55,265 nucleotides of DNA from a virus (IMGVR_UViG_3300042523_000511:1-55265), one strand, 5' to 3'; positions 39,701 to 45,667 are shown, counted from the stretch's first letter. Translations and numbers: made by a program. The notes: generated from the letters alone by a model not told the origin.

Positions 39701-39810
39701 TGCAGCGCAGAGGTGTAACTTGGTATGCTCCAGGAACTAGCACTCCTAGCAACGGTCAGCCATTGCAACTCACTGACACAAATGCCGCAAGGTTCTTACG
39801 TGGATTATAA
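24730..39810 (+). CDS. Giant 5026-aa mosaic baseplate wedge/adhesin protein (gp7-like position)
   Basis: Starts FLPEIFQTDANKQFL right after gp6. Contains cupredoxin-like, FG-GAP, CBM5/12-like, beta-sandwich and fibre-type modules, plus EVKPYH. Confidence 0.7.
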   Translation: MARVRSVDFLPEIFQTDANKQFLAATLDQLIQEPKFKKTQGYIGRTVGPGVNPNDKYVIEPDKTRADYQLEPGVISVDPTDNSKIVDAITYPGITDSLVYQGSPSTQPSRLYTSDYYSLDPFINFDTFVNFSQYYWVPDGPDVVTVQSPGVALSQNFSVNRENGVYTFSGVTGNNPTINLVRGGNYTFQVAQNNKETVNYKVTRTNVTSFNIDNEPNAPIVLTRGNTYTFNLFVQGDFPFWIKTAATTGTGDAYNTGVTRNGSTVGTVTFVVPQDAPDTLYYSCQTQSLMRGTISIIDAEPGDGPGFWIQTAPGVNGLDPITPNITSRSIYGVTDNGIDLGTINFNVPQKTAQDFFYYLTSIGAVDLVTDLFFENIDGARLDQFIATYGGIDGITDLNTRTLVFANSAGDPATNYYSVWRISYVTVGAYTYLSLGSILNIDNLEKWTIRYGTEYSSTQWYKNQAGYIVEMPVLTAKLDTLYYQDGTDPEIFGIIRLIEQDNSGTIYIEDILGKTNYTSPDGITFTNGLKVQFLGSVSPSSYATGSNAFICTNTAAGINLITTESTLGMAVGQEIIFSSTAFGGVSTGVTYYVQTVFSSSQFKVSATKNGPAVTLTSANGSMVATTSQNPQYYVSGVGTAIELLPVTNYITPEEYAAADDIDYLTINRDSPDLNAWSRSNRWFHIDVLNATGAYNDTPVVIDNDKKGKRPIIQFRGGIRLYNMGTDAKQPVNVIDFTETDAFSNIEGSTGYSVNDYTFVNGSRVIFAADEDPNVRSKIYVVNFVTPDTVTPLIDQPIINLVEATDGEISVDQTTTCISGSQVGITYWYDGVEWLEAQQKTSVQQAPLFDIFDADGISLANTVTYPSSTFTGTKLFSYATGSGITDPILQLTLKYLSLTNVGDIVFDNNLYSDSFVYVRDNVSTTAPISSGFVYEYASRTVYDRLIGWQTAAVPTLMRQQFKFVYNLQPLQLDVAVQTNVVTTVPSVKVFVGSIFQDPGTYTISTTTNTTTITFSTVHVVGDVIEVEVLSDQISQVAFYQVPLNLNNNPLNANSPSFTLGTLRTHYNSICQNLTTFSGSINGANNTRDLGNIIPYGQIILQQSAPLTLAGYFMRSQQYNIFGALEYNSREYQKYKNQLLEAVTRQTIQYETAAQVLDTVIAEITLGRTSSNPFYWSDMLPASAVFTTTTYAVSYITTQVFDTVQSYNYTSANYLGMNVYVNDEILTRDLEYTVATDGPRIEILITLAIGDVVTVQEYSATYGTYVPNTPSKMGLYPAWRPAVIPVKTSAGEQLVILGHDGSQTPIFGDIRDEVLLEFETRIYNNIKLDGNPVPLDVADVIPGQFRDTGYSYSEINTILETNLLTYVGWNKLDYTLQNYNAGNPFTYNYSSSTNKLNGDTLLGAWRGINRFFYDTQQPELTPWEMLGFTVQPDWWEITYGPAPYTSDNMNLWDDLELGLVRDPVGAYTLPAYARPGLTSVLPTGTAGELLAPLESVVAGYNTQSFQKSWAPGDGGPVEASWWNSSDYPFAAMRLLALTRPAKFFALFADRDLYKYSTEFDQYLYNERYRLDANGVQVYGDGTSKASYINWIVDYNRITGTDSTVALEKDLQNLDVRLCYRMASFSDKQYLKLYTEKSSPKSTNDSLQIPPESYQLLVYKNQPFDRLIYSSVVIQVVDGGWAVFGYSTARPFFNTLTSIPVGQFQTYSVASKTIKAPANYTTNITQIPYGFVFTTESAVANFLLSYGKFLESQGFEFTNQINGYLMTWSQMVYEYMYWSQQGWGTGSLINLNPLATGLSVFKEQAVVDTITSQTAEHVILDQNRKDFPVRDLNIVRVDNNFTIQPLNNQSLSFIDMRYTSFESMIVLDNASLFGDLIFEPVTGARQSRLYLSGTTTTEWDGSVNAQGFILNQNNIPAWTGLKTYAKGEIVTYKGAYWSAATIVQPSAKFNYNDWNQSDYTFIEQGLLANLANKADQLSNSYDINSANLIADNDLLSYGLIGFRPRQYMAALNLDDVSQLNIYREFLGTKGTKNSTDLFGQAKFNKEVADYKVYENWAIQRGVYGANANRSFFDLRLNRALLSSNPSLVQVVVPNEASTADQQIFLSDVWKNSFPLTTTALLPTTTTLPTDIALPNAGYVNIDDADITVFDLDDPTNLNANIDSIIVGTSIWVAKVNSYDWNIYRAESVPGTIQHVCDNLNGTSRVIFSGQHGLSTGDRLIIRFFDTEVNGVYTVLSVPNLTTVNIALDLAGDRTVVNGTGIGFTLKTMRVDQASDILDLPYAQQILPGAKVWVDDNGQGLWEVLEKQNPFTDRTVLAPVLLDATEQYGASVAQATNRAALFVGSPRYGFGTGTATGGIYLYVKNYSDQYVPISPISNQDTVLTLNTTGLRGYGNAVDAGNQTWAIGGASASLGPAPAGSPANNGYAVVLWRDPAAGIVNSSPWIQSQLLTLPGTTTTTTPGAGEFGYSVAMSLDERWLYVGAPGLNTVYAYGQVQWQNQFLQYKANGTSNTADISNNIQINNANQIVVTKNNAVLVLSTDYTVDAGFTTVTFTSTPAADDIINISRLYFKAFTASGATYSLSPYLFTLTDIYSFSVTVDGVLQRPNIDYTYSAGTLTFYNIPSGGAAIGVTSQYYYELAGTLTPTVAVAAGARFGASVQCSTDGRQVIIGCSSATVDGLLEAGSVYVFDRNVQKFIRQDDSSNTYTVLGTVSAPVSVLVNNAFLTNQTDSIVGADDTFSVSGNNITINKDLFVGDVIEIEINQFVQQQLITENVVAEYTNYGQSLDLCPYNCSLYVGAPQDSSVVWKGGVVERSVNQSRSYGTITSTIANPSLTAGQTLRVNNMDIAVPASPNNNIAGLAAAINGGEAGTNTGAPNATAVVSTDGYLTIFVTNTDAALEGNKLQVAPGSVGTVFSALGFKTFVYTQTIESPRPVEFGQFGYSVAINDTALNLVVGSPKGSLYLPMVFDYNTTTQEAGTTFDGNSTTFFSPVVQSGVVYTYDYLPSNSLSVANPGKFIFGQQVETDSVTYLDQFGYAVSYNSGVLVATAPGEDFEDSTFSEYGAAYLFENPTRRLAWEPIAIQQPVVDIKLLTSVYMYDRISSAKSQFFDFFDPLQGKVLGAAQENIDFISAVDPASYNVGPINNRGNTWNVTNLGEVWWDISTVRFINPNQDNPTYASRRWGQVFPGSSVDVYQWISSTVPPANYTGVGVPYSTTSYVVSTRLNQSGTFVTEYYFWVRGITETASQSGKTLSVATVASYIQEPKASGISYIAPINSSTIAIYNGLDYIVAFDTILSIEFDQTLTDANVHTEYELIAQGEEDAFLTDNLYRKLQDSFCGVDTAGNKVPDPNLNYAQQYGVQFRPRQSMFVDRFLALKNYIQRANDVFSLYPITESRSFVLLNSAEPEPTLASGEWDLRVANLEILGFQNIYAVPLGYKYLVVTNSLNRGLWTINEVQATITDPSVRELVLSRVQNYDTRQYWSYVNWYKPGYNSSSTVVAEVPNYATLATLSVPIGSSVKVTANAQGKFEIYLRTDTGWDRVALEDGTIEISAEIYNYALGRFGFDVEVFDAQYYDQEPIIETRKIIQAINEELFVDELKIERNKSLTLMFNFILSELLAPEWLIKTSLIDVQHKVRDLVPYQNYIRDNQDFVSEYLQEVKPYHVQVRAFNLTYDGADDYMGSLTDFDVPAYYNTDLTIPQYVSPILLPYQHATAQAFNTLSDTAPNSTLWADWPYSQWFGNYLLQVASITVTDQGTGYTIAPTVAIVPADGDTGSGAEAVAVLNSLGNVVSITVTNPGSGYRSTPTVVFSGGNGTSATAYPVMSGLGNATNQATGNSEFYNLVRNFKTVIKYDRYQYQTSILTWSSDGTYENGTLVRYDNRVWQADSTDGSTAVVGPEFNLEDWILVDAATLSGVNRTMGFYVPGVNELGLDLQLLVDGTSYPGVQVWGDYFLGSAPASPTLVCTATDATTNEITCVQTVRLSLNDPIRFYGTVFGGIVAGTVYYVNSIVDSTHFTVALSPDGLTVSLTTATGTMVADVPEPLDATYASSFTDQYLGLRPTDINVDGGEFIGSYEGHAPEELVNGSEYDTLDFRVYTRPGADWLNRGHGFSIGSYNYVYQDSALRWDDLVQNPVNIEVSNVTTDSDLSPDVDYVVDWENQTISAITGGGIATGDVINIAAYEMGGGNQLFRGNYSGSNVNDSVVIPVKADEIYELVLFVNGENVSGATWTPYANSTPWTYENSYAAQTVVEDNNLYYRALQVVPPGILIDDPLYWVAFVPATKSIVTFPYPIASVKYATTEALPAPYGYVYNNGVNGVGATLTNANIYDYYSVLTIDGVTPSVGDRILVKNEVGAYTNDTTQSATFNGIYTVTRVGNSFVSWILTRATDFVNPQDIPSAVTLVTSGSTNADTRWVCASNPSISVGTTEINWIPFIGSASPYGAGDGISITAMGIEDPQYSWSTATTQYRTVTLSDTLTNSINLENSMQGTNVANLVVTLNGKRLQPPEGIEWTGDGTSSSFGLPQRGGGYPQSEINAYTDIQVWLDNVLQVQNYGSVVGDYYVTNYDGSNTPGRQVIFFTPPADGAQILISVSTIAQYSVATGTTNRLLITPLMNQGDHLAITSWNDTSQQDILTLVFVGPVTTGLTLVEPYDSTGYSFPDASPVNDTPGSYDFSLGVAIPDNDFNLGREGLLADRLWVTLDGNRLYAGVDYAVQGQYLILGSGVIGSAQVLAVTEFTQSIVPDAMAFRLFQDMRGVQTTFRITASTTTTVTQTVSATADTIYVTDAAALSEPNLSAGIFGVATINGERILYRERNLAANSISGLQRGTAGTAAATHAVGAEVYDMGIGNRQPQEDQNYIVSDTSTGDGSTTIFYAPTIEFDLGDSSFEIDSIEVYVGGNRARNGYYAGQFVIGQTYTIASIGNTNWYAIGLPSDVFPAPGVVFTATGAGTGTGVAGNSLASNYYKESDYDPLAIQFLTASDLPAPGAGVDVVILQRRGVTWYAPGTSTPSNGQPLQLTDTNAARFLRGL

Positions 39811-39813
39811 CAA

Positions 39814-39821
39814 GGTAAATA
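39814..39821 (+). promoter_or_regulatory. Late promoter (GGTAAATA)
   Basis: TAAATA core between the giant gene stop and the ATG at 39829. Confidence 0.55.
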
Positions 39822-39828
39822 AAAGATC

Positions 39829-39981
39829 ATGTCAACTACTATGCCAAAACAGCCAGTAACTGCAAATTCTGAGCAAACTCAGCCCAAGCGTCCCAACGAG
39901 CAAGGATCGTTTTCCGTAGAAGCTCACGTGCGTATTTTTGACCCAAAAACACGCGAAGTTTATGTGGAGAAACGAGCATGA
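39829..39981 (+). CDS. 50-aa small structural protein (not in the ORF track)
   Basis: Hand translation MSTTMPKQPVTANSEQTQPKRPNEQGSFSVEAHVRIFDPKTREVYVEKRA; ATGA overlap with the next gene. Confidence 0.7.
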   Translation: MSTTMPKQPVTANSEQTQPKRPNEQGSFSVEAHVRIFDPKTREVYVEKRA

Positions 39982-40604
39982 TGATTACCCCAGGTTTAGC
40001 CCAAATTCAGGGATTTTTAAAAGTTTACGATCCCAACAATGGTGAAGTATTTGTAGACAAGAAAAACGCAATTCACTACGAAAACATATCAATTGCTATG
40101 GCTCAAGCTCTAAGCAATAGATTGGACGCAAATGGGGCAAGGTTGGGAGTTATCTATTCTATGGCATTTGGTAATGGTGGCAGCTCGGTAGACCCTACTG
40201 GTGTGATTACATATTTGCCCCCAAACACTGTGGGGCAAAATGCAGGGTTATACAATGAAACGTATGCAAAAGTTGTGGATGATAATTCAGCAGCTGACAC
40301 TGATCCTGAAACCAATTACATGACAGTGCTACATACATCTGGCACTGTGTACACAGATATTTTAGTAACCTGCTTGTTGGACTACGGCGAGCCGCCAACT
40401 CAGCAAGCATTTGATAATTCGACTAATTTTAACGGTGAATATGTGTTTGACGAACTGGGATTAAAATCTTGGAACGGTAGTTCAACTGACTTACGATTGA
40501 TCACTCATGTGATTTTCCATCCAGTACAAAAAAGTTTGAATCGTCAAATTCAAATTGATTATACTATACGTATACAGACACTGAGCAACATAAATGCCGT
40601 ATAA
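39978..40604 (+). CDS. Baseplate/tail-collar fibre-attachment-like protein
   Basis: MAFGNGG...LYNE...FDELGL...HVIFHPVQKS...IDYTIRI pattern resembles tail-collar/fibre N-terminal domains; structural context. Confidence 0.5.
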   Translation: MMITPGLAQIQGFLKVYDPNNGEVFVDKKNAIHYENISIAMAQALSNRLDANGARLGVIYSMAFGNGGSSVDPTGVITYLPPNTVGQNAGLYNETYAKVVDDNSAADTDPETNYMTVLHTSGTVYTDILVTCLLDYGEPPTQQAFDNSTNFNGEYVFDELGLKSWNGSSTDLRLITHVIFHPVQKSLNRQIQIDYTIRIQTLSNINAV

Positions 40605-40607
40605 ATA
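40600..40607 (+). promoter_or_regulatory. Late promoter TATAAATA before the tail fibre gene
   Basis: Perfect consensus 30 nt upstream of the ATG at 40638. Confidence 0.75.
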
Positions 40608-40637
40608 TAGAAAAATATAGGAACAAGGCGATAACCC

Positions 40638-42416
40638 ATGGCATATACAATTAATCTAACAAACGGCACCACGTTTGCTACCATAACAGATGGTACTGTA
40701 AATCAGGCCAGTTCGATGACTTTGGTTGGCAAAAACTACGCTGGATACGGCCAGTTTTTAGATGACAACTTTATCCACCTGTTGGAAAACAGTGCTAATT
40801 CTACAGCACCTACTGCACCACTCACTGGGCAATTATGGTGGGATAGCACTAATACTTTGTTAAAAGTATATACAGGTGTGACTTGGACTGTAGTTGGTGG
40901 CGCTACAGCGTCAGCATCGGCACCTTCCCCAGTTGTGCAAGGCGATTTGTGGTATGACAATGTTAATCAACAGCTCAAAGTTTGCTCAGTAGCAGGTGCG
41001 CCAGGAACATTTATTGTGGTTGGCCCTGCTTACTCTAGTGCTCAAGGTACCTCAGGCGCTGTGCCAATTACCATCAGCGATGGATCTACAGGCTATATTG
41101 TAACAGGACTATATGCTAACAACAACTTGGTTGGCATTATTAGCGGTGCGTCTGACTTTGTGCCAGCTGGCAACAGTTCTAGTTATATCACAGCATTTCC
41201 TAAAATTTACAAAGGCTTTACAGTTTGGAACACTGGCAACAACAGCGGCAACATTAGTAATCCAGGTAACATTACTATGGCTGTGGCTGGCAGTGTGATT
41301 GAAACAGTAGCCAGCACAGGCGTTTTTGTTACTGGATTGATCAGCGCCACCGGCAACGTTACTGCTGCCAACTTTGTTGGCAATGTGATTCCACCAGCTG
41401 GCGGATCAGTCAGTACTACAGGTAATATCACAGGCGGAAATCTGTTGACCAGTGGAATAATGTCTGCTACTGGTAACGCTACTGGTGGCAATTTAATTAC
41501 TAGCGGTCTAGCCACAGTTACCGGCAATATCACAGGTGGCAATGTTAATGCAGGTATTGTTTCAGCATCTGGCAACGTACAAGGTGGTAATTTACGCACT
41601 GCTGGATTGATCTCTGCCACAGGCAATATCACCGGCGGCAATGTGTTGTTTGGTTCAGGTATTGTGAGCGGTACTGGAAACGTAATTGGCGGCAATGTGT
41701 TGTTTGGTTCAGGTATTGTGAGCGGCGTAGGAAACATTGCTGGTGGATACATTTTTGGCAATGGCAGTCAACTTACTGGTGTTAGCGCCGCAGTTTCTGT
41801 GTCTAAAATTGAAAACGGTTTATCTGTGGCAAACATTGGGACAAGTGGAGGCAACTTGGCTATTACCATTGGTAGCACTTCCAACGTAATGGTTGTGGCC
41901 ACTACTGGTATTATTGTTACCGGACTGAGCACCCCAAGCATTGAGAAAACCGGGTCAAACGCTGTGGGAAATATTGGTTCAGCCAGCAGTTATTTTAACA
42001 GATTGTTTGCTACCGCTACCACAGCCTTGTACGCTGACGTTGCAGAACGTTTTGCAGCTGACGAAGAACTAGCCCCAGGCACAGTGGTTGAACTAGGCGG
42101 CTCTGCGGAAATTACCAGATCCAAACAAGATTTAAGTGAAAATGTGTTCGGCGTTATAAGTACTAATGCAGCTTACCTAATGAATGGTGGCGCTGGAGAA
42201 GACAACACGCATCCACCAGTTGCAATGACTGGCCGTGTTCCAGTGCAAGTAGTTGGCGTAGTGCGCAAAGGTGACAGATTGGTATCAGCAGGCAACGGTG
42301 TTGCTAGAGCTGCTCAACCTGGTGAAGCCACAGCATTTAATGTAATTGGACGAGCACTGGTTGACAAACTCACCCCTGGTCCAGGTACAATAGAAGCAAT
42401 TGTAACTATAAAGTAA
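40638..42416 (+). CDS. Tail fibre with GN-rich repeats and a C-terminal autoproteolytic intramolecular chaperone (peptidase G2-like)
   Basis: N-terminal LVGKNYAGYG...LLEN...GQLWWD; (S/T)ATGNITGGN repeats; YADVAERF...GVIST...PVAMTGRVPV...KGD. Confidence 0.75.
   Translation: MAYTINLTNGTTFATITDGTVNQASSMTLVGKNYAGYGQFLDDNFIHLLENSANSTAPTAPLTGQLWWDSTNTLLKVYTGVTWTVVGGATASASAPSPVVQGDLWYDNVNQQLKVCSVAGAPGTFIVVGPAYSSAQGTSGAVPITISDGSTGYIVTGLYANNNLVGIISGASDFVPAGNSSSYITAFPKIYKGFTVWNTGNNSGNISNPGNITMAVAGSVIETVASTGVFVTGLISATGNVTAANFVGNVIPPAGGSVSTTGNITGGNLLTSGIMSATGNATGGNLITSGLATVTGNITGGNVNAGIVSASGNVQGGNLRTAGLISATGNITGGNVLFGSGIVSGTGNVIGGNVLFGSGIVSGVGNIAGGYIFGNGSQLTGVSAAVSVSKIENGLSVANIGTSGGNLAITIGSTSNVMVVATTGIIVTGLSTPSIEKTGSNAVGNIGSASSYFNRLFATATTALYADVAERFAADEELAPGTVVELGGSAEITRSKQDLSENVFGVISTNAAYLMNGGAGEDNTHPPVAMTGRVPVQVVGVVRKGDRLVSAGNGVARAAQPGEATAFNVIGRALVDKLTPGPGTIEAIVTIK
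41634..41725 (+). repeat. Perfect 38-bp direct repeat with a 54-bp period in the fibre shaft
   Basis: GGCGGCAATGTGTTGTTTGGTTCAGGTATTGTGAGCGG at 41634-41671 and 41688-41725. Confidence 0.9.
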
Positions 42417-42428
42417 TCGGAACTAACA

Positions 42429-43421
42429 ATGACATATTCAAGTGGCGGATTAATTCAAGCAACAGACTTTAACGGGTTTGTGAGCACTGGATCTCCAAAT
42501 ATTAATAATATTTGGAGCACAGGATCAACCGACAGCGGCTGGGGGCAAACTGCCCTAAGTACAGTAAGTATTGGCGGCACTGTGACTGCTACAAACTGGG
42601 CCAGTTTGGTCAATACACTTGCTAGTATGGGCAGCCAAACAGGCACAACTATTACTTCTCGATCTGCTCCTACCGCAGGACAAACTATTAGTGTGTTGGC
42701 GGCTGTGGCCACCGACATTTCAAGTTGCAATACCAATCGCGCCAATGCCGCTGCTGTTGGCTCAACCAGTACCACTTGGACTGGCGCAGCCGCCAAAACT
42801 ACTACGACTGGCACAGGCACTGCCGCCTGGACTATCACTTGGACTCAGACAATAACTTTCCCATCGGCCGATCAAGCTAGATATTTTTACAATGCAGGCG
42901 GCAGAGTTTATTTGACCATGAACAAATCATCTACTGGTCTAGATAGCGACGCAGACTGGAACACATTCATTGGCAAAGTAGGCACAATAAGTGTTACTGG
43001 TATTGCTGGATCCAAAACCCTAGCTGGCGTTGCGTATACAGGAACCACAAGAACAGGTGGCACAGGTGGTACTCAAACTACACTATCCACAGCCACAGGT
43101 TGGTATGCGTTGACTGCTGGTGCTGCTGCAACTACCATATTCCAGTTGAATGATGACTTATCGGTCTATACTGGTGACACAGTCATTGTAACTGCTGCAA
43201 AAAATGCCGGCGCAACCACACTGACTTTAACTACAACATGGAACAGTACTGCTAGAGCAGGCGCAGGCCAAAACACTCAAATTTCAGGTGGTACCGATAC
43301 TACTTCACCGTTCTCGTCATACGGAACAGCACCCACAGTGCTTTGCCGATTTGTTCCACCATCAACAACTTATCTAACCAATAGCTGGGGCACACCCACT
43401 GTGGCAAGCTCAGTAGCTTAA
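42429..43421 (+). CDS. Thr/Gly-rich virion structural (fibre-associated) protein
   Basis: Composition, position at the end of the late module, ARYFYNAGG motif. Confidence 0.55.
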   Translation: MTYSSGGLIQATDFNGFVSTGSPNINNIWSTGSTDSGWGQTALSTVSIGGTVTATNWASLVNTLASMGSQTGTTITSRSAPTAGQTISVLAAVATDISSCNTNRANAAAVGSTSTTWTGAAAKTTTTGTGTAAWTITWTQTITFPSADQARYFYNAGGRVYLTMNKSSTGLDSDADWNTFIGKVGTISVTGIAGSKTLAGVAYTGTTRTGGTGGTQTTLSTATGWYALTAGAAATTIFQLNDDLSVYTGDTVIVTAAKNAGATTLTLTTTWNSTARAGAGQNTQISGGTDTTSPFSSYGTAPTVLCRFVPPSTTYLTNSWGTPTVASSVA

Positions 43422-43423
43422 CC

Positions 43424-43451
43424 TAAAGGGGCTGCTGCCCCTTTACTTTTT
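43424..43451 (+). terminator. Rho-independent terminator ending the structural module
   Basis: TAAAGGGGC-TGCT-GCCCCTTTA 9-bp stem followed by CTTTTT. Confidence 0.75.
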
Positions 43452-43470
43452 CTTGTATATCCTGTACAAT
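43442..43470 (+). promoter_or_regulatory. Sigma70/early-type promoter TTTACT-N17-TACAAT, probably leaderless
   Basis: The -10 ends 6 nt before the ATG at 43477; the -35 overlaps the terminator. Confidence 0.55.
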
Positions 43471-43476
43471 CGTAAC

Positions 43477-43782
43477 ATGAACACTGACGATTTAATTTCG
43501 CACAGCCGTGCTCGCTTTGATCACGTGGCTGCCAAACGCATACTCCGAGAGAAGTACGAAGCCCGAATGATATTTGCACATGCAGGAGGTATGTGGCGTG
43601 CCGGACCTGAACTCATAATTATCCTGGCCACTGTGCCTCCAGGTGATGCAGTGCTATTGGATTTGTATGAAACTCCTGTACAAGTACGGTCAGAAGAACT
43701 GCGCGGCTTGGCCATAACTCGCTGGCAAGAGCAAATGAATGCTTGGTTGATAGAACACAACGAACTCAGCACCAAACGATGA
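43477..43782 (+). CDS. Hypothetical protein, first gene of the glycan-modification operon
   Basis: ORF from the ATG at 43477 (MNTDDL...); ATGA-coupled to the next gene. Confidence 0.6.
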   Translation: MNTDDLISHSRARFDHVAAKRILREKYEARMIFAHAGGMWRAGPELIIILATVPPGDAVLLDLYETPVQVRSEELRGLAITRWQEQMNAWLIEHNELSTKR

Positions 43783-44624
43783 CTACCGGCGCACTAATCT
43801 TTGCTTTTGATACCAAACACACACGCTATCTTGACATGGCAGCCTTCTGTGCTGAACGTGTTAAACAGTTTCTCGACATTCCGGTAGCAGTGGTCACAAA
43901 CAATCCTGCTGCCAGCGATGAATCTGTGTTTAATCAAGTGATATATGCTGATCCACTAGGTGAAAACTCACGCTGGTTTGGTGATATACAAGATCATGTA
44001 CCTTGGCACAACAGCAATCGAGTAGATGCATACAATTTGTCGCCCTGGGATCAAACTCTAGTGTTAGACGCTGACTTTGTGGTCAATAGTGAAGATTTAA
44101 AAGCGGTTCTCGACAGCTCACAAGAGTTTATGTGCTTTCGATCGGCATTCAATCTTGCTAGACCAGAGGAAGAATTTTTGAACACTTTTGGCACATACCG
44201 GTTTCCCATGTACTGGGCCACTGTGATGATGTTTCGCCGATCAAATACAGCACAGTACATATTTGATGCCATGCAGATGATTCGTGAGAACTGGACACAC
44301 TACAGAGATCTCTATCACATTGCACAGCCCACATACAGAAATGACTATGCACTCAGTATAGCACTGGGTATTGTGAGTGGGCAAACACTAAAAGTAGATG
44401 CAATACCTTGGGGCATGCCCAGTGTGGTACCCGAAAACAAACTAACGTTTGATAATGAAACGTTCTGGAATATTGAGTATCAAGATGCACAAGGCAAATG
44501 TAAAACAGTCTCAATTGTTGGACTGGACTTTCATGCCATGGGCAAAAGAGATTTAGGAGTAATAGTTGAAACCCATAGAAGAACAAGGCTATGTGATACT
44601 AGCCTTGAACACGCCCCAAGTTGA
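43779..44624 (+). CDS. GT-A fold glycosyltransferase-like protein
   Basis: LSPWDQTLVLDAD (DxD), WATVMMF, RNDYA, HAMGK; start set at the ATG at 43779. Confidence 0.65.
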   Translation: MTTGALIFAFDTKHTRYLDMAAFCAERVKQFLDIPVAVVTNNPAASDESVFNQVIYADPLGENSRWFGDIQDHVPWHNSNRVDAYNLSPWDQTLVLDADFVVNSEDLKAVLDSSQEFMCFRSAFNLARPEEEFLNTFGTYRFPMYWATVMMFRRSNTAQYIFDAMQMIRENWTHYRDLYHIAQPTYRNDYALSIALGIVSGQTLKVDAIPWGMPSVVPENKLTFDNETFWNIEYQDAQGKCKTVSIVGLDFHAMGKRDLGVIVETHRRTRLCDTSLEHAPS

Positions 44625-45342
44625 CTACTTGGATTGTGCTAGAACACTGACAAAAACAATTAAACAGTGGAATCCTCACGCCAGTGTTTGTTTGATCACG
44701 GACAAGACTCATGCCAACGACCCACTGTACAATCACTATCGTGTGATTGACAATGTTGACCGCGATAACTTGTATGCAAACGACTGGCAAGTGTTTTTTA
44801 ATTCGCCATATCGTGAAACCATCAAGCTAGAAGCAGACATGATGATTGCCAGTTCAATTGATCACTGGTGGACTATGTTTAGACACAGAAACGTTGTGAT
44901 TAGCACAGGCTGTAGAAACTGGCGCGATGAAGTTAGTACAGCAAGACACTATCGCAAGGTGTTTGATGCTAACCACTTATCAGATGTGTACAACGCTATT
45001 ACCTATTGGCGGCTGAGTGAAACAGCACGTGACTTTTTTGTGTTAGTGCGTGACATATTTGCCAACTGGACAGAGTTTAAAAAGTTGATTAAATTTCCCG
45101 AAGATGTGCCCAGCACTGATCTTGTGTATGCAATGGCAGCAGACATAATTGGTAGAGAACTAGTGACCATGCCATTTGCAACATACCCACGGATTGTGCA
45201 TATGAAACAAGCACATGCTGGTACAAAGACACAGCAATGGACCAACGAACTGGTGTGGGAAATGGATCCCATGCGTATACAGACTCAAGCACAATGGGGT
45301 GCGTTCCACTATCATGCAAAGGACTGGCGTCATGACACCTGA
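44566..45342 (+). CDS. GT-A glycosyltransferase-like paralog
   Basis: SPYRETIKLEAD (ExD variant), YNAITYW, STDLVYA, HMK. Confidence 0.6.
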   Translation: MKPIEEQGYVILALNTPQVDYLDCARTLTKTIKQWNPHASVCLITDKTHANDPLYNHYRVIDNVDRDNLYANDWQVFFNSPYRETIKLEADMMIASSIDHWWTMFRHRNVVISTGCRNWRDEVSTARHYRKVFDANHLSDVYNAITYWRLSETARDFFVLVRDIFANWTEFKKLIKFPEDVPSTDLVYAMAADIIGRELVTMPFATYPRIVHMKQAHAGTKTQQWTNELVWEMDPMRIQTQAQWGAFHYHAKDWRHDT

Positions 45343-45667
45343 AGAGTTTTGGAATATTTTACATTCTGCGCCCGAGCCGTTACCAGTATTCTATCGCTTG
45401 TATTACAATGATGCAGGCGAACCTGTTTGTTACAGCATGGAACACCTGCTAGGTAATTACATTGACATTGACGCTGAAACATTTGGCCTAGCACCTGCCA
45501 ACGTGCGTGTGGTAGACCGCAAGCTCAAATACATTACTGTACGCACATCAGACAAACTTGTGCCCGGCAACACAGGTACACCATGCCACCCGCAAAATGT
45601 TGCGGTCGTAGTCACTCAACACGGAACACATTGGAGCAAACAAACACATGGCCTTGAATCAAATTGA
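45332..45667 (+). CDS. Hypothetical protein
   Basis: Likely start MTPEEFW at the ATG at 45332, overlapping the upstream stop; YRLYYND..G motif. Confidence 0.55.
   Translation: MTPEEFWNILHSAPEPLPVFYRLYYNDAGEPVCYSMEHLLGNYIDIDAETFGLAPANVRVVDRKLKYITVRTSDKLVPGNTGTPCHPQNVAVVVTQHGTHWSKQTHGLESN

Noticed and set aside
12600-43421. Bacterial contractile injection system or T6SS rather than a phage
   Set aside because: The module is linked to gp55, gp46/gp47 and T4-type late promoters, with no bacterial housekeeping context.
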